The notes: a model not told the origin generated them from the sequence alone. 64,000 bases of DNA from Macrostomum lignano (GCA_002269645.1 NIVC01000925.1:1-64000), one strand, 5' to 3'; shown: positions 36,701 to 49,500, counted from the stretch's first letter. A program made the numbers and translations.

Positions 36701-39305
36701 ACCTAAGAATACTCCCAAAGTGATCTAAGAATCGCTCCCAAAGTGATCTAAGAATCGCTCCCAAAGTGATCTAAGAATCGCTCCCAAAGTGATCCAAGAA
36801 TCGCTCCCAAAGTGATCTAAGAATCGCTCCCAAAGTGATCTAAGAATCGCTCCCAAAGTGATCCAAGAATCGCTCCCAAAGTGATCTAAGAATCGCTCCC
36901 AAAGTGATCTAAGAATCGCTCCCAAAGTGATCTAAGAATCGCTCCCAAAGTGATCTAAGAATCGCTCCCAAAGTGATCTAAGAATCGCTCCCAAAGTGAT
37001 CCAAGAATCGCTCCCAAAGTGATCTAAGAATCGCTCCCAAAGTGATCCAAGAATCGCTCCCAAAGTAATCTAAGAATCGCTCCCAAAGTGATCCAAGAAT
37101 CGCTCCCAAAGTAATCTAAGAATCGCTCCCAAAGTGATCTAAGAATCGCTCTTAAACTGACCTAAGAATACTCCTAAAGTGATCTAAGAATCGCTCCTAA
37201 TAAACTAACCTAAAAATCACTCCTAAACTGACCTAAGAATCGCTCTTAAACTGACCTAAGAATGCTCCTAAAGTGATCTACGAGTAAGAATCGCTCCTAT
37301 TAAACTAACCTAAGAATCACTCCTAAAATAACCTAAGAATCGCTCTTAAACTGGCCTAAGAATCGCTCCTTAACTAACCTAAGAATCGCCGCTCCTAAGC
37401 TGACCTAAGAATCCTAAACTGGCATAGGAATCACTCCTAAACTGACCCAAGAATCACTCCTAAACTAACCAAATCGCTTCTTTCCTTGCAGAAGCTCGGC
37501 CGCTACGCCAATTTCGGCAAAGTCGACTGCGACCCCTATCAGGATCTGTGCGTGTCCAAGGGCATTCAGGCTATGCCCTCTGTGGCTCTGTTCACTAATG
37601 GAAAGGTAAAAAGCCACCATCTTCCCAGACTCAGCCACCACCCTCCCAGACCCCGGACTCAGCCACCGCCCTCCCAGACCCCGGACTCAGCCACCGCCCT
37701 CCCAGACCCCAGGCTCAGCCACCGCCCTCCCAGACCCCAGGCTCAGCCACCGCCCTCCCAGACCCCAGGCTCAGCCACCGCCCTGCCAGACCCCAGGCTC
37801 AGCCACCGCCCTCCCAGACCCCAGGCTCAGCCACCGCCCTCCCAGACCCCAGGCTCAGCCACCGCCCTCCCAGTCCCCAGGCTCAGCCACCGCCCTCCCA
37901 GTCCCCAGGCTCAGCCACCGCCCTCCCAGACCCCAGGCTCAGCCACCACCCTCCCAGACCCCAGGCTCAGCCACCGCCCTCCCAGACCCCAGGCTCAGCC
38001 ACCGCCCTCCCAGACCCCAGACTCAGCCACCGCCCTCCCAGACCCCAGGCTCAGCCACCGCCCTCCCAGACCCCAGGCTCAGCCACCGCCCTGCCAGACC
38101 CCAGGCTCAGCCACTGCCACCCTCCCAGACCCCAGGCTCAGCCACTACCACCCAGACCCCAAGCTCAGCCACCGCCCTCCCAGACCCCAGGCTCAGCCAC
38201 CGCCCTCCCAGACCCCAGACTCAGCCACCACCCTCCCAGACCCCAGGCTCAGCCACCGCCCTCCCAGACCCCAGGCTCAGCCACCGCCCTCCCAGACCCC
38301 AGGCTCAGCCACCGCCCTCCCAGACCCAGGTGCAACAGCCACTCAGCTTACATTATCAGTAGTTGCGCCTCCAGCTGCTCAATATGCAGCCATCAGAGGC
38401 AAATTCGCACCCAGTTGAGCTCTGATATTGACAGCAGTTCTCACAGTGTCGCATCGGAGTTGGCAGTTTGGGTTGCAAGAGAGACAGCGGCGCCTCTGCG
38501 CTTATCATGGGCCCGCAGTCCGGAACAATGGACCGGCCCGTTAGTCACGAGGCGGACAGCTTTAATGCTGATTCCAGATCCCCAGTTTATGAACTAAAAT
38601 TCAATCATTGTCTCAGGTTGAGCCGCCATTGTCCGTAGCTGGGCCAGTCTCTCAGATCCTCAGTTGCTGGGCTAACCTATCAGATCCTCAGTTGCTGGGC
38701 CAGCCTCTCAGATCCACAGTTGCTAAGCCAGCCTCCCAGAGTGTCAGTTGCTGGGCCAGCCTCCCAGAGTGTCAGTTGCTGGGCCAGCCTCCCAGAGTGT
38801 CAGTTGCTGGGCCAGCCTCCCAGAGTGTCAGTTGCTGGGCCAGCCTCCCAGAGTGTCAGTTGCTGGGCCAGCCTCCCAGAGTGTCAGTTGCTGGGCCAGC
38901 CTCCCAGAGTGTCAGTTGCTGGGCCAGCCTCCCAGAGTGTCAGTTGCTGGGCCAGCCTCCCAGAGTGTCAGTTGCTGGGCCAGCCTCCCAGAGTGTCAGT
39001 TGCTGGGCCAGCCCTCCAAGTCCTTAGTTTCCCATGTGCAAGATGTTTGTATTTCATTATCCTTGCAGCTCCTTCAGCACCTCTCGGGCCAGTCAGTCTA
39101 CAATCTAGAATCAAGCGTCAAAACACATTACTCTAAGAAACGCGATAAAGCTCGAGTATTCTACGGTTACCATAGCAACCAGTTCGACGATGACGAGGGC
39201 GGCGGCGGAGGCGGTTGGCAGCGGGTTGTCATTAACGACGGCAGCGGCCAGTTCTTCACCATGGGCGACGGAATGCCGTTTCAGTTTGTCCATGATGAGT
39301 TCTAA
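27773..39305 (+). CDS. DNAJC10: DnaJ homolog subfamily C member 10 (ERdj5), 10 exons, 895 aa
   Basis: Exons 27773-28294, 29516-29647, 30050-30568, 31383-31650, 31942-32084, 34368-34778, 35819-35958, 36131-36332, 37492-37605, 39069-39305. All introns are GT..AG with consistent phases (0,0,0,1,0,0,2,0,0); total 2688 nt. Signal peptide, J domain with HPD, Trx1 (no CXXC), redox-inactive Trx-like domains, WCPPC, CQPC, WCGPC, C-terminal HDEF. Confidence 0.93.
28595..29005 (+). repeat. About 80-88 bp tandem repeat x5, alternating A/B variants (DNAJC10 intron 1)
   Basis: Unit ctctctccttactgctcgctcattggctgagctgaattgggcctgccccctaggctgagtttcgtccgtctgactttaac. Confidence 0.85.
29255..29345 (-). mobile_element. 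Fragment of the tRNA-derived SINE family seen at 63437-63793
   Basis: cataggcac...cacacgctcacacagggtgtaaagcggccctgacatgtacact matches the SINE body. Confidence 0.5.
29685..29955 (+). repeat. (CAGA)n-based microsatellite, DNAJC10 intron 2
   Basis: Compound gacagacag / gtagacagacactaa repeats. Confidence 0.9.
30585..31250 (+). repeat. 19-20 bp minisatellite (GGGGAGATTCTGAGGGGAT)n, intron 3
   Basis: Degenerate tandem array. Confidence 0.9.
31710..31845 (+). repeat. 15-bp minisatellite (GCCCCTGGTGCT[AAA/GGC])n, intron 4
   Basis: Tandem array between the donor at 31651 and the acceptor at 31941. Confidence 0.9.
32175..34152 (+). repeat. 19-bp minisatellite (GAGAGAGACAGGTAGGGAT)n with higher-order blocks, intron 5
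   Basis: About 2 kb purine-rich array with recurring multi-unit variant blocks. Confidence 0.95.
34845..35725 (+). repeat. 36-bp minisatellite (ATGGGATATTTTGGAATGGGATAGGATGATTTCCCA)n, intron 6
   Basis: About 24 tandem units. Confidence 0.95.
36360..37470 (+). repeat. 23-bp minisatellite (AAGAATCGCTCCCAAAGTGATCT)n, intron 8
   Basis: Homogeneous core with degenerate edges. Confidence 0.95.
37625..38330 (+). repeat. 28-bp minisatellite (CTCAGCCACCGCCCTCCCAGACCCCAGG)n, intron 9
   Basis: About 25 units starting just after the donor at 37606. Confidence 0.95.
38680..39012 (+). repeat. 28-bp minisatellite (GTTGCTGGGCCAGCCTCCCAGAGTGTCA)n, intron 9
   Basis: About 11 near-identical units ending before the acceptor at 39068. 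Confidence 0.95.
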
Positions 39306-40097
39306 TAAGAAATTCTGAAATGTTATAATAGAAACATTCTCTTAGCCTACTTGAAGTAGTGTTCATTCAGTCAAAATTTTGAACTTTTTGATTCTTTTAG
39401 CCGTCTATTAAATAACTACTGGTGTTTTTGTTGTCTGTAATTGTTTGTTCGCGATCAAAATATTTGCGTTTTTTATTTGCATTACTATTAGTTTAGTAGT
39501 GGTTGAGGTCCGTCTCTGCCTTTTTTTCTGTATTGTTAAACAAAGATTTTTCTAAAGTCTTCCCATAAGGTTGCAGGACCAGAATTGAGGCAATGAATGT
39601 TTCTTTTTTGTTTTTTAGTCCGTTTGTTTTTGTTGAAGCGCATTATTAAACCTCCCAAGGATTTGCATTCGTTTTCAGTTAAAATGTGTACGATTTAAAG
39701 ATTAGCTATTTGTTATGTTGTATGCACAAATATAATATATACTGGTAGTAGCTATTTAAAAATGTGCCAAAATTTGTCCTTTTTGTTTGATTTTTTTCAA
39801 ATTTGTATCATAACTTAACACTTCTGTGCGATTGATATGCGAAATGACTAGTAGGGTTTTAAGGGGGGTCACAATGTAGAGTGGGTCAGTGTAACCACCG
39901 CTTGTATATGAAGCTAAGAGACCACCCTAAATATTGTTATAGAGGTCTGACCCTTCTCAAGTTGTAGAATCAAAGTAGGTTAATAGCCATCCTCAGGATG
40001 TATTATATAAAAGGTGGGCAATGACCCCTCTGAAGTTGTAGGATCTAATGGGTCAATAGCTACCCTCAAGATGTATTATTGAAGGGGGTCGCTGATA

Positions 40098-40545
40098 ACC
40101 CTGAGAGTCCAGAATCAAAGGGGTCACAATGACCACCCTGAGAGTCCAGAATCAAAGGGGTCACAATGACCACCCTGAGAGTCCAGAATCAAAGGGGTCA
40201 CAATGACCACCCTGAGAGTCCAGAATCAAAGGGGTCACAATGACCACCCTGAGAGTCCAGAATCAAAGGGGTCACAATGACCACCCTGAGAGTCCAGAAT
40301 CAAAGGGGTCACAATGACCACCCTGAGAGTCCAGAATCAAAGGGGTCACAATGACCACCCTGAGAGTCAAAAATCAAAGGGGTCCAATGACCACCCTGAG
40401 AGTCAAGAATCAAAGGGGTCACAATGGCCACCCTGAGAGTCAATAATCAAAGGGGTCACAATGACCACCCTGAGAGTCAAAAAGCAAAGGGGTCGCAATG
40501 ACCACCCTGAGAGTCAAAAAGCAAAGGGGTCGCAATGACCACCCT
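40098..40545 (+). repeat. 37-bp intergenic minisatellite (CCCTGAGAGTCCAGAATCAAAGGGGTCACAATGACCA)n
   Basis: About 12 units; degenerate precursors at about 39900-40090. Confidence 0.95.
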
Positions 40546-41234
40546 AAAAAGTTAGAACTTTATTAATATCGTATTTGTGTGCTGCTTTTACCGTACCTTT
40601 CCTGTCTCTTATCTGAACGGTTTTAGGTATTATTTTGCATTTCTATTTTTAGCTTAATTGGTGGCTCTCATTTTATCGTTGCCATTGCTTCTGTGCTTTG
40701 AATTTGATCCCTTTGCTTTAATTTCTGGGTTTTTCGTTGCTCCCTAAAATTCGGCCTTCTTGCCTTTTTGTTGTTGTTTTTTTCTGTTCCATCTTATGGA
40801 ATCTCTTGCTGAGCCCCCAACTTATCTCTGCATTAAACTAATTTCATATAGATGTAGTCTGGAAGGTTATTTGTTTCTACGTTGAAAAGTAACAGGTTAG
40901 CCATTAATTCGTGCACAAAACACCGATGCGTGCACCTGTGCCTCTGTGTCATGCGAGTTGCTTTATCTATTATTTAAGCTTGCCTATAATATATTAAACT
41001 ATTATATTTCTTAATCCTACAATAGTCTGTGTAACTTGTAAAATCAGAGTCAGAACCTTCTGCAAAGAATTTCAATTTCAATAGAAATAGCAAGAAAAAG
41101 ATTAATCTGCTAAATAAAACAAGAAATACTTGCTCTTATCTTCTTTAATGCGCCGTTTTGCGGCAGTGAAATTTAAAAAATATTTGCTTCTGTGTTATTT
41201 GTTTGCTAATTTTAATTATCATAATCCGTGAGAC

Positions 41235-42235
41235 GTTAGATTGAGTCATAGAGAGTCACTGATATGGTACCTTGGCTAGATTGAGTCATAAAGGATTATT
41301 GATATGACACCTACAGTTAGATTGAGTCATAGAGGGTCATTAGTATGACATATTTGGTTAGATTTAGTCATAGAGGGTCATTAGTATGACATATTTGGTT
41401 AGATTTAGTCATAGAGGGTCATTAGTATGACATATTTGGTTAGATTTAGTCATAGAGGGTCATTAGTATGACATATTTGGTTAAATTTAGTCATAGAGGG
41501 TCATTAGTATGACATATTTAATTTGATTTAGTCATAGAGGGTCATTAGTATGACATATTTGGTTAGATTTAGTCATAGAGGGTCATTAGTATGACATATT
41601 TGGTTAGATTTAGTCATAGAGGGTCATTAGTATGACATATTTGGTTAGATTTAGTCATAGAGGGTCAATAGTATGACATATTGGTTAGATTTAGTCATAG
41701 AGGGTCATTAGTATGACACCTTTAGTTAGATTGAGTCATAGAAGGTCATTAGTATGACATATTGGTTAGATTTAGTCATAGAGGGTCATTAGTATGACAC
41801 CTTTAGTTAGATTGAGTCATAGAGGGTCATTAGTATGACACCTTTAGTTAGATTTAGTCATAGAGGGTCATTAGTATGACATATTTGGTTAGATTTAGTC
41901 ATAGAGGGTCAATAGTATAACACTCTGGTTAGATAGAGGGTGTCATAGAGGGCAATTTGTATGGCACCTTCAGAATATTTAGTCATAGAAGGTCATTGGT
42001 ATGACATCTTTTGAGGACTGAGTCATATAGGTTCATTGTTATGACACCTACGGTAGATTGCGTCATAGAGCGAGGGTCATTGGTATGACATTCAGTAGAT
42101 TGAGTCATAGAGCGAGGGTCATTGGTATGACATTCAGTAGATTGAGTCATAGAGGGAGGTCATTGATATATGAAACCTCTGGTAGATTGAGTCATGAAGG
42201 GAGGCTCATGACACCTTCGGTAGATTGAGTCATAG
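41235..42235 (+). repeat. 41-bp intergenic minisatellite (GATTTAGTCATAGAGGGTCATTAGTATGACATATTTGGTTA)n
   Basis: About 24 units ending about 130 bp upstream of the GLOD4 ATG. Confidence 0.95.
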
Positions 42236-42370
42236 ATAGTCATCAGTGCGACACATTGTAGACTCAAGTGACAAGATAAGAGATCGAGTCGAATAGGTAA
42301 TTGCAGCTGAAATTTCAATGCTTAAAATTTCTTTTGTCTTGCATGCGTTGCTTTGACCCACGCCGGCAAC

Positions 42371-45341
42371 ATGATCCGAGCGCTGCATTTCGTATTCAAA
42401 GTTGGCGATCGGTTTCGCACGGCGGAGTTCTACCGCAAAGTGCTGGGCATGCGGTTCCTCAGGCACGAAGAGTTCACCGAGGGCTGCGCCGCGGCATGCA
42501 ACGGTCCCTATCAGGGTCGGTGGAGCAAGTCTATGGTTGGCTACGGGCCAGAGGATGAGCACTTCGTGTTGGAGCTCACCTATAATTATGGCATTGGACG
42601 ATACGCGGCTGGTAACGACTTTGCCGGCATTGTTGTTAGGTGAGATTGATTGTTTTGTTGTTATTAGTTGCCATGCCAAATTCTTTAGGCAGTCTTAGAG
42701 ATTGCTTCTAGAGGCGTTGGTTTGCATTTAAATTCTTCTTTGAGAAAATTTCTTTCGAATCGCGTTCGACCGACTTAAATCGCCCTCTCCAACCCACCTC
42801 AACAATCGCCCTCCAATCCACCTCAACAATCGCCCTCTCCAACCCACCTCAACAATCGCCCTCTCCAACCCACCTCAACAATCGCCCTCCAATCCACCTC
42901 AACAATCGCCCTCTCCAACCCACCTCAACAATCGCCCTCTCCAACCCACCTCAACAATCGCCCTCTCCAACCCACCTCAACAATCGCCCTCCAACCCACC
43001 TCAACAATCGCCCTCAAAACCACCTCAACAATCGCCCTCCAATCCACCTCAACAATCGCCCTCCAACCCACCTCAACAATCGCCCTCAAAACCACCTCAA
43101 CAATCGCCCTCCAATCCACCTCAACAATCGCCCTCCAACCCACCTCAACAATTGCCCTCCAACCCACCTCAACAATCGCCCTCAAAACCACCTCAACAAT
43201 CGCCCTCCAACCCACCTCAACAATCGCCCTCTCCAACCCACCTCAACAATCGCCCTCTCCAACCTACCTCAACAATCGCCCTCCAACCCACCTCAACAAT
43301 CGCCCTCTCCAAACCACCTCAACAATCGCCCTCCAATCCACCTCAACAATCGCCCTCTCCAAACCACCTCAACAATCGCCCTCCAATCCACCTCAACAAT
43401 CGCCCTCTCCAATCCACCTCACCAATCGCCCTCTCCAAACCACCTCAACAATCGCCCTCTCCAACCCACCTCAACAATCGCCCTCTCCAACTCACCTCAA
43501 CAATCGCCCTCTCCAAACCACCTCAACAATCGCCCTCTCCAACCCACCTCAAGAATCGCCCTCTCCAATCCACCTCACCAATCGCCCTCTCCAAACCACC
43601 TCAACAATCGTCCCAAAGCCCCATAATTTACTATAAAAATCGCCTTGCACCCCACAGCGCCACCCGCGCCGACCTGGACCGAGCCCTCCAATCCGGCTGG
43701 CCAACCGTGATTCCCGAAGGCGCCTCTGATGTCGTTGTTGTTCAATCGCCCGACGGTCACCGATTCGAGCTGACCATGGCTAGCCAGTATTCGATTGGGG
43801 ACTCCTCGAAGGCCGGACAGTCGCGCGTTGCGGCTGTGCGACTTGCCAGCTCGAACTTGGATGCCACGGTGACCTACTGGCGAGATCTTCTGGGCTTCTG
43901 CCTGCTGGAGAGGTGACGCAACTAGATATGACTGTAGTAGACTAACTAGCTCCCGACAGCTACCCCAATGTCCCTCACCAATGTACACTAGCTCCCGACA
44001 GCCACCCCAATATCCCTCACCAATGTACACTAGCTCCCGACAGCCACCCCAATATCCCTCACCAATGTACATTAGCTCCCGACAGCCACCCCAATATCCC
44101 TCACCAATGTACACTAGCTCCCGACAGCTACCCCAATGTCCCTCACCAATGTACACTAGCTCCCGACAGCCACCCCAATATCCCTCACCAATGTACACTA
44201 GCTCCCGACAGCCACCCCAGTATCCCTCACCAATGTACACTAGCTCCCGACAGCCACCCCAATATCCCTCACCAATGTATACTAGCTCCCGTCAGCCACC
44301 CAATATCCCTCACTAATGTACACTAGCTCCCGAAAGCCACCCCAATATCCCTCACCAATGTACACTAGCTCCCGACAGCCACCCCAGTATCCCTCACCAA
44401 TGTACATTAGCTCCCGACAGTCACCCCAATATCCCTCACCAATGTACACTAGCTCCCGACAGCCACCCCAATATCCCTCACCAATGTACACTAGCTCCCG
44501 ACGCCACCCCAATATCCCTCACTAATGTACACTAGCTCCCGACAGCCACCCCAATATCCCTCACCAATGTACACTAGCTCCCGACGCCACCCCAATATCC
44601 CTCACTAATGTACACTAGCCCCCGACAGCCACCCCAACATCCCTCACCAATGTACACTAAGCTCCCGTCAGTACACTACCAGTTTCTAACTGCCTTAGCA
44701 ATGTACACTGGCTGTCCATCAGCTAGTGTACACACTCTAGAAGAGCCACCACCTAATTAACCAATTAATTCGCTCAAACGCCAGAGACGCAGCCAAGGCA
44801 ACTCTGCAGCCTGGTGCCGGGCAGTGCCGGTTAGAATTCTTCCAATTGCCGGGCGCCAACCCTACAGTGGAGCGAGCCAAAGCCTACGGCCGAGTGGCCT
44901 TCTCTTGTCCGGCTGACGCCCTGCCAGGCATTCAAGCAGCCAGCGAGCGAGCCGGACAGAAGGTGCTCACTCCGCTGCTCAGTCTGGACACGCCTGGCAA
45001 AGCTACTGTGCAGGTAAATTTTAGAGAATAAAACCTGACCTTAAATTTGATACTTTGATACAATTGCATCATTTCTGTAGATTTTCTGTAAAATATGTTA
45101 CTTTTTTCTTGTCGTTCTACTATAAGTAGGTCAATTCGGCATACTGCATTTTTAAAATAAATTATCGCAGGTGGTCATCCTAGCCGATCCTGACGGACAC
45201 GAGATTTGTTTTGTCGGCGACGAGGCATTTCGCCAGCTGTCGCAGGTCGATCCCAAGGCTGATAGCCTGCTCGACGAGGCTATGGCCGGCGACAAAAGCG
45301 CCGAGTGGTTCGCTAAACGTGGTGGAAAAGCCGACGCTTGA
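42371..45341 (+). CDS. GLOD4: Glyoxalase domain-containing protein 4, 4 exons, 307 aa
   Basis: Exons 42371-42639, 43658-43912, 44785-45013, 45171-45341 (phases 2,2,0; 924 nt). Translation [12 protein letters not shown]...[17 protein letters not shown]...[11 protein letters not shown]...GNDF...GRVAFSCP...[10 protein letters not shown]|[20 protein letters not shown]...DKSAEWF is the GLOD4 signature. Confidence 0.95.
42778..43610 (+). repeat. 24/26-bp minisatellite (CAACCCACCTCAACAATCGCCCT[CT]C)n, GLOD4 intron 1
   Basis: C/A-rich tandem array. Confidence 0.95.
43945..44660 (+). repeat. 42-bp minisatellite (AATGTACACTAGCTCCCGACAGCCACCCCAATATCCCTCACC)n, GLOD4 intron 2
   Basis: About 17 tandem units. 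Confidence 0.95.
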
Positions 45342-46551
45342 AGATGATTTAAAAACGAATTTATTTCTCGAATTTTAAGTCACAAATATTCCAAAAAGAA
45401 CTTAATTTATGCTATTTTGTCCAAAATTTGAATATTTATCGTTCTGTAAATCATTTAAAAAGATTAGGAATTTCTATGTCAACTATATTTTTGAGAAGAA
45501 CTGCTTCCAGTTGTGTGTATCACGTTTTGTTATTTCATTCTTAAGCTATATCGAGCGCCATTCTTCAGAACTAATTATAAATTTCTTGCAATATGCTTAC
45601 TTTTTTCCATCTTCCCCTGTTTTGCATGCAAAATCTTTAATTGTTTCACTGTAGTAAAAAATCTTTTTGCAATTATTTATTACAAAATTTCTACTTGACG
45701 TTTTACTAGTTATGATAATAAACGAATAATTTCTGTCTAATTATTTATAATATATTTCATTTTTCTATCCTAAAACTGATTGATTGCTATCTTCGTTTTG
45801 TTTCGTGCACTAAAGCGTACGGTTTTGTGCATGTGCATGCATGTCCATGCAGCAGCTAACAGAACAGACAAATATTAAAAGCACCTACGTAGCGACACGG
45901 TACGATATAGAAAATCAGCAGAATGAGAACCAGTTATTATTACACTTATTCCACTATTAATATACTACGTGCCTTATTGCAGGTCTGTTTTCAAGATTGA
46001 TTTTGAAATAACAATTCAAACTCGGATTCGGATTTACTAGCATTGGGCTCCAGCGATTATTGCAAGGCTTCTGTCTGCATATGGTATTTTTGACATGTAT
46101 TTAGGAATTTCAGTCGAAATAGCTCGTGCGTGCACAGTGCGCTGCACAATGTAAATACATATTTATTAATCCTACTAAATCCTGATTAAGATATAATGCT
46201 TCTGAGCGCTTTATCTGTTCCTGGCAGAAGAAATACTCAACTTTCTTTGTCAGATATATTGTTTATCAAATAATTTATCACAAATTTGCCCAAGGACCAC
46301 TGTATAATAGCAGTATAAAACTATACAGTGGTAATTGAATTGGCAGCTCGTATTCATGACATCTGGGTTTGAATTATGCCATGTAAAGTAAATGTCCCGT
46401 CGTGTCAAATTGCTTATTTTGCTCCTAAAAAACGCTTTACGCTTGTATCAAAAACCAGTCTAATTTTTACTTAATCTTTGTGGTAACTTTTATTGCTTAT
46501 ATTTTGTTAATTCCGGTAAGTATAAAACTTGAATTTAATTTAGTATTTATT

Positions 46552-49500
46552 GGGTGATTCTGCATCGAGAGGTTTCGGAGGTTTTGACGTTTTTCAGAGG
46601 TTTCATTTCGAACAAATATTTTTGCACAAAATTTTTAATACCGTACAAAAAATGAAATTTAACTGAAATTTACTAATGAATACAAATTTTCTTTAGAAAA
46701 TAGCTCGGAGGTTTTGGATTCTTTTTAATTTTGCTTCTGATAGGCACGCGCGGAAATTATTTAACTGTTTTTATGCGAAGTGGTAGGGTCCTTCTGACAC
46801 AATTTATGCCATGCCATTTTCATTGCTTCCTTTTCATTTCACAAGCGCAAAGTTGCGAATAGTCACAAGTGTGTGTTGTTCTATTTCAATGCATATTCGT
46901 AACTATCCTAATTTCTACTTGACCTGTCCATGTAATTAAAAACAGACACTATTTACCAATACGAATTTCAGATTGTTTTTGACTTGGTCAAAAAAGCTAT
47001 CAATTTTTAAGCCAGAAAATTAAGACTAACAAGACCAAGTCAGTATTTTTTTCATCAAGTCAGTATCAGTCGCTATTTAATATAGATTGTTAGTCTAACT
47101 AACTAAAGGCCCTAAGTATTTTACTAGGCATCTATAATGTAAAATATAATTATTTTTTCACTTATTTGATATTCTTTTTTTATTTTACATCCATTATACT
47201 AAAACTTTTATTTTTCTATTTTCTATTATTTACTATTTTTATATCATCATCCTAAATCCTAACACACAATGCACATAAGATAAAAATTTATTACCTAAGC
47301 CAAGCCTCTAATACTAGTGAATAATTCTCTTCACAAAGCTTTAAAAATGGCAATTTTTTTTTACTGCTTTACCTCTACCTATAAAATTGAAAGCTCTAAT
47401 GATCTGAAATTTTTATGCTTTTAATTTTAAATAGGCCTATAATTTGTTAATAGCTTTATATTCAGTCATAATTTAAGCTGATATAGTCGAGTACAATTTC
47501 TATTCCCTGAAGATGACTGCTTGTGTCGAAACGCGTTGGCTATTATAATAATTTATTATATGTTGGTGTTGGCCTTCATTTCTCTATTATTTTTTAAACG
47601 AGCATCGCTACCAGCCCATTTCTATTACTCTTTTACATTAGTAACTTGCTTTAGTTTTTGTCTTTTTATGCAAATATTCAAAGTAAATAGTAGCTTGTAC
47701 TTATGTATGCCTAGTCATCACATTTTTATTCAATTTTTAATTTACTTTATAAGTAAATTGTTTTAATATTAAACAAATATACTCTCTTATCATCCACAGT
47801 AGTTATCATGCCAATGAAATGCATGGTGCCAACCATGTTGGGGAGAAGGTTATAAATCTTTAGATTTTCTTATGATGTTAAGTACTTACACTAGACCCAT
47901 ATACTAAAATAATATCATTAGTCTAAAATCTTCTAGTCTAAAGTCTAAAATCAAATATCTTAGTCTAAAATAAGACTAACATTGTATTTCTCAATCATGC
48001 CATCTTTCCTGAACCCATCAAACTATGGAAATTTGTACAAAGCAATGGCCTACTAAAATACCATTGCTCATGATGATATGCTTCTAGAAGTCGCAGCGCA
48101 GTTGGCGCGATATGCTTTCGGCACGGCTCGACTTCAGCGTTTTTGCTCATCATTGCATCACTCGAGTCCCATTGTCCCATTTTTGGGCTTCCAGCATAAA
48201 AAATCAACTGTTTCGATAGTCTCAATTGGAGGCCATGAAAGGCAATGTCAGACATGCTGGTGCCAATCTTGGAGAGGAATTTGCAGCCCACCTGATTGCC
48301 CTGTGGGAATTGTGCCAAGGGAACTCACACCAATCATTTTTGTCCAGCAGCAGCAGCCGAGTGTTACTGATCCAAATGGAACTCACTACAACTGACATAA
48401 TGCGACTGCCCGATTGCACTTTGCTGGCAGTAGCGGAAACCACGCACTGGAGAAGCATCGCCTATGTTCCTCACCCTACAATATTGAGGTCTCGATCACG
48501 TCGGTGGTCTTGACGATGTAGGATACAGGCTCAGAATGCAGGCAGGAGACCAGGCAAGCGGTAGTTCAGGCATGGTATTGGCAGCTGAAACAAAGCATGT
48601 TGAAATAAAAGGTATTGATTACTTTCATCTATAACTTTTTATAAACAATCAATTTTAAAAGTCAATATGATTTGACATAATGATTTTCCTATACATTTAT
48701 TCTTGCAATCTTTAAAGATGCCAATACATTTATATTGAAGAAATTATATTATTTTAAAATAAACAATGCCAAAAATGTGTCCAATGACTTTTTAGTTTTA
48801 ACTCTAGTAAATATATTGGTATCAGCTATCTAGTTTATTGCTCAACATAGATTTTTAGCATCAAACAAAGGTGGTGCAATACATGTGCAAAGTCTTACTG
48901 TAAGCATTTTGTTTGTATAAGAACTAACTCAAACATGTTAGAGCTTTTGTCAGCAGTAACAGTTGTGCAACTAGTGTTATTTATGAGAGAAAAGCTAATA
49001 GCTTTCAGTGATTGAAATTAATTTTATGATTAAAAGTAAAATGTTCGGCTTTAAGTAATTAAAAGTAAAATGCATACTTGTAATTCCAGGCCCTTAGATA
49101 TTTATAAAAAAACATTGAGACAACAATAATTCTGCTATTTACTTCTGTGAGGTAGTATGTCTTAACATAACATAACATCACATCAATGTCATAACATAAT
49201 TCGAATGCAAAATGGTATGCAGCAGCAGCAGCACTCAAAAGTAAAAACGGGAAACGGATGAAACAGCTGTCTATATGTTTTCAGTATATTTCAAGCAGCG
49301 CCTTCAAGTCGAATGTTTTTTATTTTATTTATGCACCTTGAATGTAAATGCCAATGGCAACGATGACATTACCAGTGTGTTGTGTTGCGTAGTGTTTAAA
49401 AAACCACTTTCAAGCATGAAAATAGTTGCCTAAGTTAAATAATTTCCGCGCGTGCCTATTAAAAGCAAAACTAAAAAGAATCCAAAACCTCCAAGCTATT

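Noticed and set aside
37486-38418. 310-aa Pro-rich ORF as an alternative DNAJC10 C-terminus
   Set aside because: It is read-through of the GT donor at 37606 into a 28-bp repeat. Splicing to 39069 completes the thioredoxin fold in frame and supplies HDEF.
38340-38600. Non-repetitive GC-rich patch in DNAJC10 intron 9 as an extra exon
   Set aside because: It is not needed for the fold, has no recognisable homology, and has no convincing phase-0 donor/acceptor pair.
40125-40140. Similarity of the 37-bp unit (GACCACCCTGAG) to hAT subterminal motifs (GACCACCCCCCTGAGG)
   Set aside because: The match is short and low-complexity with no other hAT features nearby; probably chance.
40098-42235. Regular 37-bp and 41-bp repeats superficially like CRISPR arrays
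   Set aside because: Units are contiguous with no unique spacers, there are no cas genes, and the context is eukaryotic.
42925-44525. Repetitive ORFs ([41 protein letters not shown])
   Set aside because: Translations of GLOD4 intronic minisatellites; open only because the units lack stops.
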